Source of the DNA: Roseospirillum parvum
Lineage (GTDB): Bacteria > Pseudomonadota > Alphaproteobacteria > Rhodospirillales > Rhodospirillaceae
Length of the DNA stretch: 24,000 nucleotides
Direction of reading: 5' to 3'
Assembly: GCF_900100455.1 (NCBI RefSeq)
Contig: NZ_FNCV01000004.1
Coordinates: 240,700 to 264,699, forward strand
Part shown: in pieces, positions 1-7,310 of the stretch
Numbering within the stretch: position 1 is the stretch's first letter
Layout: every line of letters starts with the position of its first letter
Notes under the pieces: generated by a model
What the model saw: only the letters and a program-made list of their open reading frames with translations
Told to the model about the DNA's origin: nothing
Databases searched by the model: none
Translations under genes and position numbers: made by a program

Positions 1-182
1 GCGTGGGGCGACAGCTCGGCGCCGGCCTGATGCAGGTTGATGCGGCTGTCGCCAAAGGCCAGGGCGGTGCGGCCGCCGCCGAAGGTGATGCGCCGAAAGC
101 CCAGCACCCGGGTGTAGAAGTCGACGCTGGCCTCGATCGAGGCCACGGTCAGCACCAGATGGTCGAGCCGGTCGATGTGCAT
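1..182 (-). CDS. VOC (glyoxalase / bleomycin-resistance / dioxygenase) superfamily protein, N-terminal 60 codons only; the rest runs off the left edge of the window
   Basis: My own translation of the minus strand from the ATG at 182-180 gives MHIDRLDHLVLTVASIEASVDFYTRVLGFRRITFGGGRTALAFGDSRINLHQAGAELSPH. The (L)DHLVLTV...FY..VLG... and FG..(K/R)INLH pattern is typical of VOC-fold N-termini. A GAGG lies 5-8 nt upstream, overlapping the stop of the preceding GGDEF gene. The ORF is absent from the supplied track because it is truncated. Confidence 0.6.
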   Translation of the reverse strand, partial: MHIDRLDHLVLTVASIEASVDFYTRVLGFRRITFGGGRTALAFGDSRINLHQAGAELSPH

Positions 183-189
183 GGGGGCC

Positions 190-1578
190 TCAGGCCTCGT
201 CGCGCGGGCGGACCAGCATGACCCGGTTGCGCCCCGCCTCCTTGGCCTTGTAGAGCGCCTTGTCGGCCCTCTGGATGACCTCGAGGGGGTCGCTCTTGGC
301 CTCGCCCCCGGCGGCGCCCAGGCTGATCGTCACCTTGACCCGGGTGGTCTGGTGGCCCGACGGCGGGGTTTCCGGCGGCTCGGGCGGGCGGTCGGGACCA
401 CGGATCACGAAGCCGCTGCTCTCGACCAGGGTGCGCACCGATTCCAGGTGCGGCCCGGCCTCGCGCGGGGCGCGCCCGGGAAACAGCAGGGTGAACTCCT
501 CGCCGCCGTAGCGGTAGGCCTTGCCGCCGCCGCCGACCCGGGCCAGACAGGCGGCGACCATGCGCAGCACCTGATCGCCCACATCGTGCCCGTGGGTGTC
601 GTTGAAGGCCTTGAAGTGGTCCACGTCGGCCATGGCGATGGTGTAGCTGCCGGACAGCTTGCCAAGGTCGGTCATCAGGGCGCGGCGCGACGGGATGCCG
701 GTCAACTCGTCGTGGAAAGCCATGCGATAGGACTCCTGGACGGTGGCCGCGACCATGGCCAGGGCGGCCGAGGCCAGGCCCACCGCGGCGGCCGGCGGGT
801 GGGCCAGATGGTGCAGGCCGAGCGCCGCCCCGAGCAGGGCGCCGAGCAGGGCGCCATCGGTCATCCTGCGGCTGATCACGGCGCGGGTCAGCAGGGCGAC
901 GGCGGCCCCGGCGAAGGCCAGCAGGGCGGGTTGGGGCAGCCACGTCCAGGCGTCGAGGCGGGGGTCGAACAGGCGCACCCGGAGCGCCGCCCCCAGGTGC
1001 CCGGCCAGGGCGTCGGCGGCGGCGGCGTCGAGCAGCCCGAACAGGCCGCTGGCGAAAAAGCCGATCACCAGCACCTGGGCGGCGCCGACGGCGAGCACGA
1101 TCAGGCCGGGTCGGGTCAGCACGCCGCGCTCGTCGAGCCAGGCCAGGGCGGTCAGGTTGAGCGGCAGCAGCAGGGCCAGGGCGGCGAAGGTGAACTGGCC
1201 ATGGCGCCCCGGTGGGCCGCCGCTGTCGGGCACCAGAGCGAGGCACACCCAACTGGCCAGCCCCAGCGCCAGCAGGGCGAAGACCAGCCGGCTGCGGTGG
1301 AACTGGGCGCACAGCGGCACGCCGAGCAGGACCAGGGCGTAAGGGCTGATGCCGAGCAGCACCGAGACGGTGACCGGCAGCGGCCCGGCGCTCAATCCAC
1401 CGTCGGGCAACAGGCCCCGGGCCAGGGCGGCGGCCAGACCAACCAGCAGCAACGGCAGGCCGAGGCTGAACAGCAGCCGCCCGGGGGCCGGGCCGGGGGC
1501 CGTTGCCGCCGGTGCCTTGGCGGTCGGCGCGGCCGGCGCGGCGGTGTTGGCGCCGGCGGTCTTGGGAGCGGCGGTCAC
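190..1578 (-). CDS. Membrane-bound diguanylate cyclase: Ala/Pro-rich N-terminus, about 8 predicted TM helices, C-terminal GGDEF domain
   Basis: This is the C-terminal part of ORF 190..2496(-). GGDEF-domain signatures are present: FHDELTGIPSRRAL, DVDHFKAFNDTHGHDVGDQVL, YRYGGEEFTLLF and ADKALYKAKEAGRNRV. I see no RxxD I-site five residues before GGEEF. Upstream are about 8 hydrophobic segments. The start is placed at GTG 1578-1576, which overlaps the ggt stop as GTGA. It is the only ATG/GTG/TTG that keeps the first TM helix intact and does not run into ggt. The start is uncertain. Confidence 0.88.
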   Translation of the reverse strand: MTAAPKTAGANTAAPAAPTAKAPAATAPGPAPGRLLFSLGLPLLLVGLAAALARGLLPDGGLSAGPLPVTVSVLLGISPYALVLLGVPLCAQFHRSRLVFALLALGLASWVCLALVPDSGGPPGRHGQFTFAALALLLPLNLTALAWLDERGVLTRPGLIVLAVGAAQVLVIGFFASGLFGLLDAAAADALAGHLGAALRVRLFDPRLDAWTWLPQPALLAFAGAAVALLTRAVISRRMTDGALLGALLGAALGLHHLAHPPAAAVGLASAALAMVAATVQESYRMAFHDELTGIPSRRALMTDLGKLSGSYTIAMADVDHFKAFNDTHGHDVGDQVLRMVAACLARVGGGGKAYRYGGEEFTLLFPGRAPREAGPHLESVRTLVESSGFVIRGPDRPPEPPETPPSGHQTTRVKVTISLGAAGGEAKSDPLEVIQRADKALYKAKEAGRNRVMLVRPRDEA

Positions 1579-3578
1579 CGGGGGCTGTCCTCCCGCTCGA
1601 TGGGCGGCAGGACCACGCCCTCGCGGCGCGGGTCGGCGGCGCCGTGCCAGCCGGTTTCGTCGCGCAGCAGGATGTTGAGGCCGCTGGTCATCTCGACCCG
1701 TTCGACCCGGTGGCCGATGGCTTCCAGCGGGCGGCGCAGGCGCTCGTCCTCGATCTCGGCCAGATCGCGGTTGCGCCCGGCGACATGGGGCAGGGCAACG
1801 GCGGCCTGGGCATCGAGCCGCCAGTCGATCAGGCCGACCAGGGTCTGCGCCACGTAGGCGATGATGCGGCTGCCCCCCGGCGAGCCAAGGACCATCATCG
1901 GCTGACGGTCGGGCCCCAGCACGATGGTCGGCGCCATCGAGCTGCGCGGCCGCTTGCCGCCGGCCACCGCGTTGGCCAGCGGCCGGCCGGCGGCGTCGGT
2001 GGGGCGGAAGCTGAAGTCGGTCAACTGGTTGTTGAGCAGGAAGCCGCGGGTCATCAGGCGCGAGCCGAAGGCGGTCTCGACGCTGGCCGTCATCGAAACC
2101 ACGTTGCCGGCCTGATCGACGATCGACAGATGGCTGGTCGAGGGCAATTCGCGGTCGAGCCCGGCGCCGCGCGGTGGCAGGGCGGCCAGCTCGCCGGGCG
2201 CGGCGCGGCCCAGGCTGCGGTTGAGGCGGATGCGCGCCGCCCGGGTTTCCAGGTAGCCCGAATCGAGCAGGGTCTCGACCGGCACCTCGACGAATTCCGG
2301 GTCGCCCAGGTAGCGGTTGCGGTCGGCGAAGGCGAGGTGCCCGGCCTCGACCAGCAGATGCGCCGCCAGCACCGAATCGGGGCGCATGGCGGGCACGTCG
2401 AAGTGGCTCAGGATGCCCAGCATCTGGAGCGTCGCCACGCCGCCCGAGGTAGGCGGCGGCATGGTGCAGACCATCACCGTGCGGTAGCCCCGGCACAGGG
2501 GATCGCGCCGCTTGGGCTTGTAGGTGGCCAGATCGACCAGCGACAGGTCGCCCGGGCGCGCCGCCTCGGCCACCGTGGCGACCATGCTGGTGGCGATCTC
2601 GCCTTCATAGAACGCCTTGGCGCCGTGGCGGGCGATCAGCCGGAAGGTGGTCGCCAGATCGCGGTTGGTCAGCACGCTGCCGGCCGGGTGGGGGATCAGG
2701 GTGCCGTCGGCGCCGCGCTGGAAGAAATAGCGCCGGGCCCGGGGCTGGCTGGCCAGATGGCGGTCGCCGGCGATCATCGCGGCCAGCCGGGGCGAGACTT
2801 CGAAGCCGTTTTCGGCCAGATGGATGGCCGGGGCGAACAGGTCGGCCCAGGGCAGCCGGCCGGACTCGCGGTGCAGCGCCTCCAGCATGGCGAGCTGCCC
2901 GGGCACGCCGACCGACAGGCCGCCGACCATGGCTTCCGGGAAGGGCAGGGGGTCGCCGTCGGGGCCCAGGAAGCGCTTCGGGGTGGCGGCGGCGGGGGCG
3001 GTCTCGCGGCCGTCCCAGGCGCTCAGCGACTGGCTGGCGGCGTCCCAGTGGAGCAGGAAGGCGCCGCCGCCCAGGCCCGAGGACTGGGGCTCGACCAGGG
3101 TCAGCACCATGGCCGCGGCGATGGTGGCGTCGACCGCCGAGCCCCCGGCGGCGAGCATTTCCAGCGCCGCCTCGGCGGCCCGGCGGTCGGCCACGGCGAC
3201 CCGGGGGCCGGCGCTCTCGGTGGGCGGTTCGACGGCGGGCGCCGGCTGGTCGCTGCCGGCGGGCTCGGCGGGCTCGGGGTCCGGTGGAGTCTCGGTGGGG
3301 GCGGCGGTGGTTTCGGCCGCCGGCTGGTCGGCCCCGTCGCGCTCGGCTTCCGGTGGTGCCTCGGGAGCCTCTCCGGTTTCCCCGGTTTCCTGGCTTTCCT
3401 GGGGTGTTTTCGTCGCTTCGGCCGCCTCGGCCTGGCGGGCCTGCTCGGTGGCCAGGGTGACCCCCAGCACCTCGACCTTGTCCAGCCGGCAGCCCAGCGG
3501 CCCGGCCAGCAGCACCAGCAGGAGGACCAGCAGCGGCGCGGCGCGGCGGGCCGGAAGGAGGGGGGCGTCAGGGGTCAT
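1575..3578 (-). CDS. ggt: Gamma-glutamyltranspeptidase / glutathione hydrolase with signal peptide and a long acidic Pro/Glu/Ala/Thr-rich N-terminal linker
   Basis: ORF 1575..3620(-). GGT family signatures are present: SGLGGGAFLLHWD, the autoprocessing nucleophile region PSTSHLSIVDQAGNVVSMTASVETAFGS, GFLLNNQLTDFS, and GKRPRSSMAPTIVL...LGSPGGSRII. The start is taken at ATG 3578 (MTPDAPLLPARRAAPLLVLLLVLLAG, a classic n- and h-region signal). An alternative ATG at 3620 would add 14 Pro-rich residues. Confidence 0.93.
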   Translation of the reverse strand: MTPDAPLLPARRAAPLLVLLLVLLAGPLGCRLDKVEVLGVTLATEQARQAEAAEATKTPQESQETGETGEAPEAPPEAERDGADQPAAETTAAPTETPPDPEPAEPAGSDQPAPAVEPPTESAGPRVAVADRRAAEAALEMLAAGGSAVDATIAAAMVLTLVEPQSSGLGGGAFLLHWDAASQSLSAWDGRETAPAAATPKRFLGPDGDPLPFPEAMVGGLSVGVPGQLAMLEALHRESGRLPWADLFAPAIHLAENGFEVSPRLAAMIAGDRHLASQPRARRYFFQRGADGTLIPHPAGSVLTNRDLATTFRLIARHGAKAFYEGEIATSMVATVAEAARPGDLSLVDLATYKPKRRDPLCRGYRTVMVCTMPPPTSGGVATLQMLGILSHFDVPAMRPDSVLAAHLLVEAGHLAFADRNRYLGDPEFVEVPVETLLDSGYLETRAARIRLNRSLGRAAPGELAALPPRGAGLDRELPSTSHLSIVDQAGNVVSMTASVETAFGSRLMTRGFLLNNQLTDFSFRPTDAAGRPLANAVAGGKRPRSSMAPTIVLGPDRQPMMVLGSPGGSRIIAYVAQTLVGLIDWRLDAQAAVALPHVAGRNRDLAEIEDERLRRPLEAIGHRVERVEMTSGLNILLRDETGWHGAADPRREGVVLPPIEREDSPR

Positions 3579-3626
3579 GGTCGGGCCGATGGGTCGGGGC
3601 GGGGCGGGGCGCCACACCATAGCAGA

Positions 3627-3651
3627 GCGGGGCTCCCGGCGGGAGCCCCGC
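3627..3651 (-). terminator. GC-rich hairpin downstream of the SDR gene; a possible weak intrinsic terminator or attenuator ahead of ggt
   Basis: GCGGGGCTCCC-GGC-GGGAGCCCCGC forms a perfect 11-bp stem with a 3-nt loop. It lies 14 nt after the SDR stop on the minus strand. The trailing sequence TCTGCTATGG is only weakly U-rich, so termination efficiency is doubtful. Confidence 0.4.
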
Positions 3652-3664
3652 GGCCGGCGCCGGA

Positions 3665-4429
3665 TCAGCGCGGCTCCAGGCGGATGCCGCCGTCAAGCCG
3701 GATGACCTCGCCGTTGAGCATCGGGTTGCCGACGATGGCGGCGACCAGATCGGCGTACTCCTCGGCGTTGCCCAGGCGCTTGGGGAAGATGGTCTTGGCC
3801 AGCAGGCCGTCCATCACCTCCTGCGGCAGGGCGCCGAACATCGGGGTGTGGAAGATGCCCGGGGCGATGCACATGACGCGCACCCCCATGCCGCACAGCT
3901 CGCGGGTCGCCGGCAGGGTCAGCGCCGCCACGCCGCCCTTCGAGGCGGCATAGGCGCACTGGCCGAACTGGCCCTCGAAGGCGGCGACCGAGGTGGTGTT
4001 GATGACCACCCCCACCTCGCCGGCGTCGTTCATCGGCTCCAGGCCCTTCATGTCCCAGGCCGCCTGGCTCATCACGTTGAAGGTGCCCGACAGGTTGATG
4101 GCCACGACGCGGTTGAAGGCGGCCAGATCCATCGGCCCGTTCTTGCCCACCACGCGGCCGCCGTGCACCACCCCGGCGCAGTTGACGACGATGCGCGCCG
4201 GGCCGTGGGCCTCCTTGCCGGCGTCCAGGGCGGCGCGCACCGAATCGGGGTCGGTGACGTCACAGGGGGCGGCGAGGCCACCGATCTCCCCGGCCACCTC
4301 GGCCAGCTTGTCCGCGTTCATGTCGAGCACCGTCACCTTGGCGCCGTCCTTGGCCAGCCGCCGGGCGGTCGCCTGGCCCAGGCCCGAGGCGCCGCCGGTG
4401 ACCACCGCCGCCACATCCTTCACATCCAT
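3665..4429 (-). CDS. Short-chain dehydrogenase/reductase, 3-hydroxyacyl-CoA dehydrogenase type-2 (HSD10)-like
   Basis: ORF 3665..4459(-). It has the Rossmann motif VTGGASGLG, NCAG, the catalytic S...YAASKGG (Y-x3-K) and the C-terminal NGEVIRLDGGIR typical of HSD10-like SDRs. The start is chosen at ATG 4429 (MDVKDVAAVVTGG) because AAGGGAGG sits about 8 nt upstream. The track start at 4459 has no such RBS. Confidence 0.9.
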   Translation of the reverse strand: MDVKDVAAVVTGGASGLGQATARRLAKDGAKVTVLDMNADKLAEVAGEIGGLAAPCDVTDPDSVRAALDAGKEAHGPARIVVNCAGVVHGGRVVGKNGPMDLAAFNRVVAINLSGTFNVMSQAAWDMKGLEPMNDAGEVGVVINTTSVAAFEGQFGQCAYAASKGGVAALTLPATRELCGMGVRVMCIAPGIFHTPMFGALPQEVMDGLLAKTIFPKRLGNAEEYADLVAAIVGNPMLNGEVIRLDGGIRLEPR

Positions 4430-4444
4430 ACCGATAGCCTCCCT

Positions 4445-4500
4445 TGGGATTGGTTTCAAAAACCTGGATTGGTTTCAAGAACTGGGATTGGTTCGGGAAC
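4445..4500. repeat. Three tandem direct repeats of 18-20 bp (core GGATTGGTT) immediately upstream of the SDR RBS
   Basis: The units are TGGGATTGGTTTCAAAAACC (4445-4464), TGGATTGGTTTCAAGAAC (4465-4482) and TGGGATTGGTTCGGGAAC (4483-4500). On the gene strand they read GTTC..GAAACCAATCC(C)A. The region is locally AT-richer than its surroundings. Confidence 0.85.
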
Positions 4501-4647
4501 AGTCGGCGCGGCGGTGATCGAACATCGGCCCCCGGGCGCGTTCCCGGTCCTCAAGGACGGCCCTCAAAGGAGACCATCGGCGGGCGAAAATCAAGATGTA
4601 TGCAAAATCCTTTGGTGGTCGGCCCGGCTGGGAATCGCCCCCCCCCT

Positions 4648-5622
4648 TCAAGGCGTTGGTGGTGGCGCCGGGGGTGACGCCGGCGGCCGGGCGTGGCGCT
4701 TCAGGCGGGCCTCGCGCAGGGCGATGTACAGGGTGGCGCCGATGATGACGGCGGTGCCGAGCAGCATGTTGGCGCTCGGCGTCTCGTCGAAGAAGAGCAG
4801 GCCAAGAACGGTGACGAACAGGATCTGGGTGTAGTCGAAGGGGGCGACGGCGGTCGCCTCGCCGCTCTGCATGGCCCGGATGACGGCGTACTGGCCCAGG
4901 CTGCCAAGCCCGCCGACCAGCCCCAGCAGCGGCCACTGGGCGGGGCTCGGCCAGGCCCAGACCAGGGCCGCCGGGCCGGCCGAGACAATCACCGCCGGCA
5001 CCGCGAACAGGGTCAGGATGACCAGCGGCGCCTGGCTGTCGCTCAGGCGCTTGATGCAGGCCATCGCCCCGGCGACCAGGGCCGCCGAGGCCAGCGCGGC
5101 GAGCGCCGCCGGGTCGGTGTCGCCGCTCGGGTCGAGCACGATCAGCACGCCGACGAAGCCGACCACCGTCGCCGTGGCGCGTCGCCAGCGCACCACCTCG
5201 CCCAGGAAGACGGCGGCCAGCAGGATCAGGAACAGGGTGCGGGCGTAGGACAGGGAAATGGCCAGGGCCAGCTCGGTGGCGGTGATGGCGTGGAAGAACA
5301 GCAGCATGGCGCCACTGCCCAGCACCGCGCGCAGGCCGTGCAGCCGCCACTGGCCGATGCGCAGGCGGTGGCCGGCCACCTGGGGGACCAGGAAGGGCAG
5401 CAGCACGGCCAGCCCGAACAGGGCGCGGAAGAAGGCGATCTCGAAGCCGTGCAGCGCCGGGCCGCCGCCGCCCTGGCCCAGATGCTTGATCAGGGCCGCC
5501 ATCACCGCGAAGGCCAGGGTGGCGCCGACCATCCACAGGGCGCCCTTGAGGTTGCTCGGCAGGCTGGCCCAGCGGTCGAGCCAGCGGTGGGTCAGGCGGT
5601 GGGTCAGGGGCGGCCGGCTCAT
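4648..5622 (-). CDS. EamA/DMT-superfamily permease (about 10 TM helices)
   Basis: This is the C-terminal 324 codons of ORF 4648..7155(-). The two-fold EamA-like organisation (two blocks of about 5 TM helices), the [16 protein letters not shown] motif region and the Pro-rich tail are as in many DMT exporters. The start ATG 5622-5620 overlaps the tsaD stop as ATGA, indicating translational coupling. Confidence 0.85.
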   Translation of the reverse strand: MSRPPLTHRLTHRWLDRWASLPSNLKGALWMVGATLAFAVMAALIKHLGQGGGGPALHGFEIAFFRALFGLAVLLPFLVPQVAGHRLRIGQWRLHGLRAVLGSGAMLLFFHAITATELALAISLSYARTLFLILLAAVFLGEVVRWRRATATVVGFVGVLIVLDPSGDTDPAALAALASAALVAGAMACIKRLSDSQAPLVILTLFAVPAVIVSAGPAALVWAWPSPAQWPLLGLVGGLGSLGQYAVIRAMQSGEATAVAPFDYTQILFVTVLGLLFFDETPSANMLLGTAVIIGATLYIALREARLKRHARPPASPPAPPPTP

Positions 5623-6761
5623 GCCTTGGTCCCGGCCTCGCCGGCCGGCGGGGCTGGAGGGCGAGTCCCGCCGGCCGGCGGGGCATGTGGATCGAGCGGC
5701 CAGCGCGGCCGGGGGGCGACGTCCAGCGGATCGATCAGGCCCTGGCGCAGGCGTTCGATGCCGGCCCAGGCGACCATCACCGCGTTGTCGGTGCACAGCC
5801 GGGGGGGCGGGGCGACCAGCGCCAGGCCATGGGCCTCGGCGCGGGCCAGCAGGGCGGCGCGCAGGGCGCTGTTGGCCGCCACCCCGCCGGCGACCACCAG
5901 ATGCCGGCCCTCGGGATGGCTTGCCGTGAAGGCCTGAAGGCCGTGCTCCAGGCGGTCGCCCAGCGAGTCGATCAGGGCGGCCTGGAAGCCGGCCGCCAGA
6001 TCGGCCAGATCGGCCTCGGCGAAGGGGCCGGGGGGCAGGCTTTCCGCCGCCTGACGGACCGCCGTCTTGAGGCCGGAGAAGGAGAAGTCGCAGCCCGGCC
6101 GGCCCTTCAGCGGGCGCGGAAAGGCGAAGCGGCCGGCATTGCCCCGGGCCGCCCAGCGCTCCACCGCCGGGCCGCCGGGGTAGCCCAGGCCGAGCATCTT
6201 GGCCACCTTGTCGAAGGCCTCGCCGGCGGCGTCGTCGATGGTGGTGCCGAGTCGGCGGAAGCGGTCCACCGCCTCGACCACCAGGATCTGGCAGTGGCCG
6301 CCGGAAACCAGCAGCAGAAGGTAGGGAAAGGGCACCGTGTCGGTCAGCCGGGCGGTCAGCGCGTGGGCGGCCAGATGGTTGACCGCCAGCAGCGGCTTGC
6401 CGTGGGCCAGGGCCACCGCCTTGGCGGTCATCAGGCCGACCATGACGCCGCCGATCAGCCCCGGGCCGGCGGTGGCGGCAACGCCGTCCAGTTCGCCGTA
6501 GGTCGCGCCGGCCTGGGTCATCACCCGGGTCATCAGGCGGTCGACGTGCTCGAGGTGGCTGCGCGCCGCGATCTCCGGGACGACTCCGCCGAACGGGGCG
6601 TGCTCGTCGAGCTGCGACAGCACCGCCTCGGCGCGCACCGTGCCGGTTCCGTCGACCACCGCGCAGGCGGTTTCGTCGCAACTGGTCTCGATGCCCAGGA
6701 CCAGCGGCCAGGCGGGGGCGTCTCGGGGGGCGGGAGCGGGGGCGCACATGATCCCGGACAT
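5619..6761 (-). CDS. tsaD: tRNA N6-adenosine threonylcarbamoyltransferase TsaD (Gcp/Kae1 family)
   Basis: ORF 5619..6893(-). TsaD motifs present: [76 protein letters not shown] and [13 protein letters not shown]. The start is set at ATG 6761 (MSGIMCAP). ATG 6749 is an equally plausible alternative. The sequence further upstream is a 35-bp tandem duplication, which is not a multiple of 3, so it is unlikely to be coding. Confidence 0.93.
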   Translation of the reverse strand: MSGIMCAPAPAPRDAPAWPLVLGIETSCDETACAVVDGTGTVRAEAVLSQLDEHAPFGGVVPEIAARSHLEHVDRLMTRVMTQAGATYGELDGVAATAGPGLIGGVMVGLMTAKAVALAHGKPLLAVNHLAAHALTARLTDTVPFPYLLLLVSGGHCQILVVEAVDRFRRLGTTIDDAAGEAFDKVAKMLGLGYPGGPAVERWAARGNAGRFAFPRPLKGRPGCDFSFSGLKTAVRQAAESLPPGPFAEADLADLAAGFQAALIDSLGDRLEHGLQAFTASHPEGRHLVVAGGVAANSALRAALLARAEAHGLALVAPPPRLCTDNAVMVAWAGIERLRQGLIDPLDVAPRPRWPLDPHAPPAGGTRPPAPPAGEAGTKA

Positions 6762-6762
6762 A

Positions 6763-6832
6763 CACCACGCCGGGCGGCTTGGCGAGCCGCCGATGGGCAC
6801 CACGCCGCGCGGCTTGGCGAGCCGCCGATGGG
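6763..6832. repeat. Head-to-tail tandem duplication, 2 x 35 bp with one mismatch, abutting the tsaD start codon
   Basis: The copies are CACCACGCCGGGCGGCTTGGCGAGCCGCCGATGGG (6763-6797) and CACCACGCCGCGCGGCTTGGCGAGCCGCCGATGGG (6798-6832). Confidence 0.9.
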
Positions 6833-7080
6833 CCGCCGGGCCCAGGGGCGGGACGGGCGTCGTCCGGCCGTTTGGCCGCATTTCCCTTTTCAATCGGCGC
6901 CTCAGCGCTTACAACGGGGGCGGCCCATGGGAACGGTCGAGGCGGCATCGGGGGAGCGTCCGCCCGCCGGACCGGGCCAACCCGGGTCTTGCCGACCCCC
7001 GCTGTCGGCGAGGCCCGTGTGGGAGTCTGTTTTCCAAGCCGCTTCACGAGGCTGGCCGGGGAAGCGGGTTGCCTGATCGT

Positions 7081-7123
7081 CAACGTGCCGACCAACGTGC
7101 TGACATCGCTGAAAATCAACGTG
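7081..7123. repeat. Three copies of CAACGTG spaced 12 and 24 bp apart in the tsaD-hemC divergent spacer; a candidate operator, function unknown
   Basis: CAACGTG occurs at 7081-7087, 7093-7099 and 7117-7123. The first two extend to CAACGTGC. They are embedded in the least GC-rich part of the spacer (..CTGACATCGCTGAAAATCAACGTG..), about 190 bp upstream of hemC. Confidence 0.35.
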
Positions 7124-7310
7124 TCCGGAACTCCGCCCTGGGGGGGCCCCGCCACCGACTGACACCCAACCGACTGCCGGGACTCTCGCCCGCCGGGCGG
7201 ACTCCCGTGAACCCGACCCGTCCACGGCGGCCCGATCGCGCCGGTTCATCCGGCCCGGACGCGCGCCGTTCGTGCCCGTCCCCGTCATTCGAAGAGTCGA
7301 CCGTCCCTCC

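Noticed and set aside
3489-3500. Lipobox in the GGT signal peptide (..AGPLGC).
   Set aside because: Pro at position -3 does not fit the usual L-(A/S)-(G/A)-C lipobox, so lipidation is uncertain. I mention it only as a possibility in the linker finding.
1503-3953. 816-aa ORF on the plus strand spanning the ggt and SDR region.
   Set aside because: It is antisense to two genes with unmistakable family motifs (GGT and SDR). Its translation is Gly/Arg/Ala/Pro/His-rich with no motifs. This is a typical high-GC shadow ORF. The same reasoning rejects 149..1312(-), 175..1857(+), 3848..4834(+), 4475..5686(-), 4693..5937(+), 5685..7076(+) and 7116..8444(-).
6925-7075. Possible cobalamin-type riboswitch or other structured RNA upstream of hemC (GGGAACGG..., ..CCCCCGCTGTCGG.., ..CCGGGGAAGCGGG..).
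   Set aside because: The resemblance to the B12-element consensus as I remember it is only fragmentary: GGGAA..GGTG..., CCCGC.ACTGT, and a GCCACTG / AG.CAGGA.ACC.GCC B12 box. No B12 box is present. A covariance-model scan (Rfam/Infernal) would be decisive, and I expect no hit.
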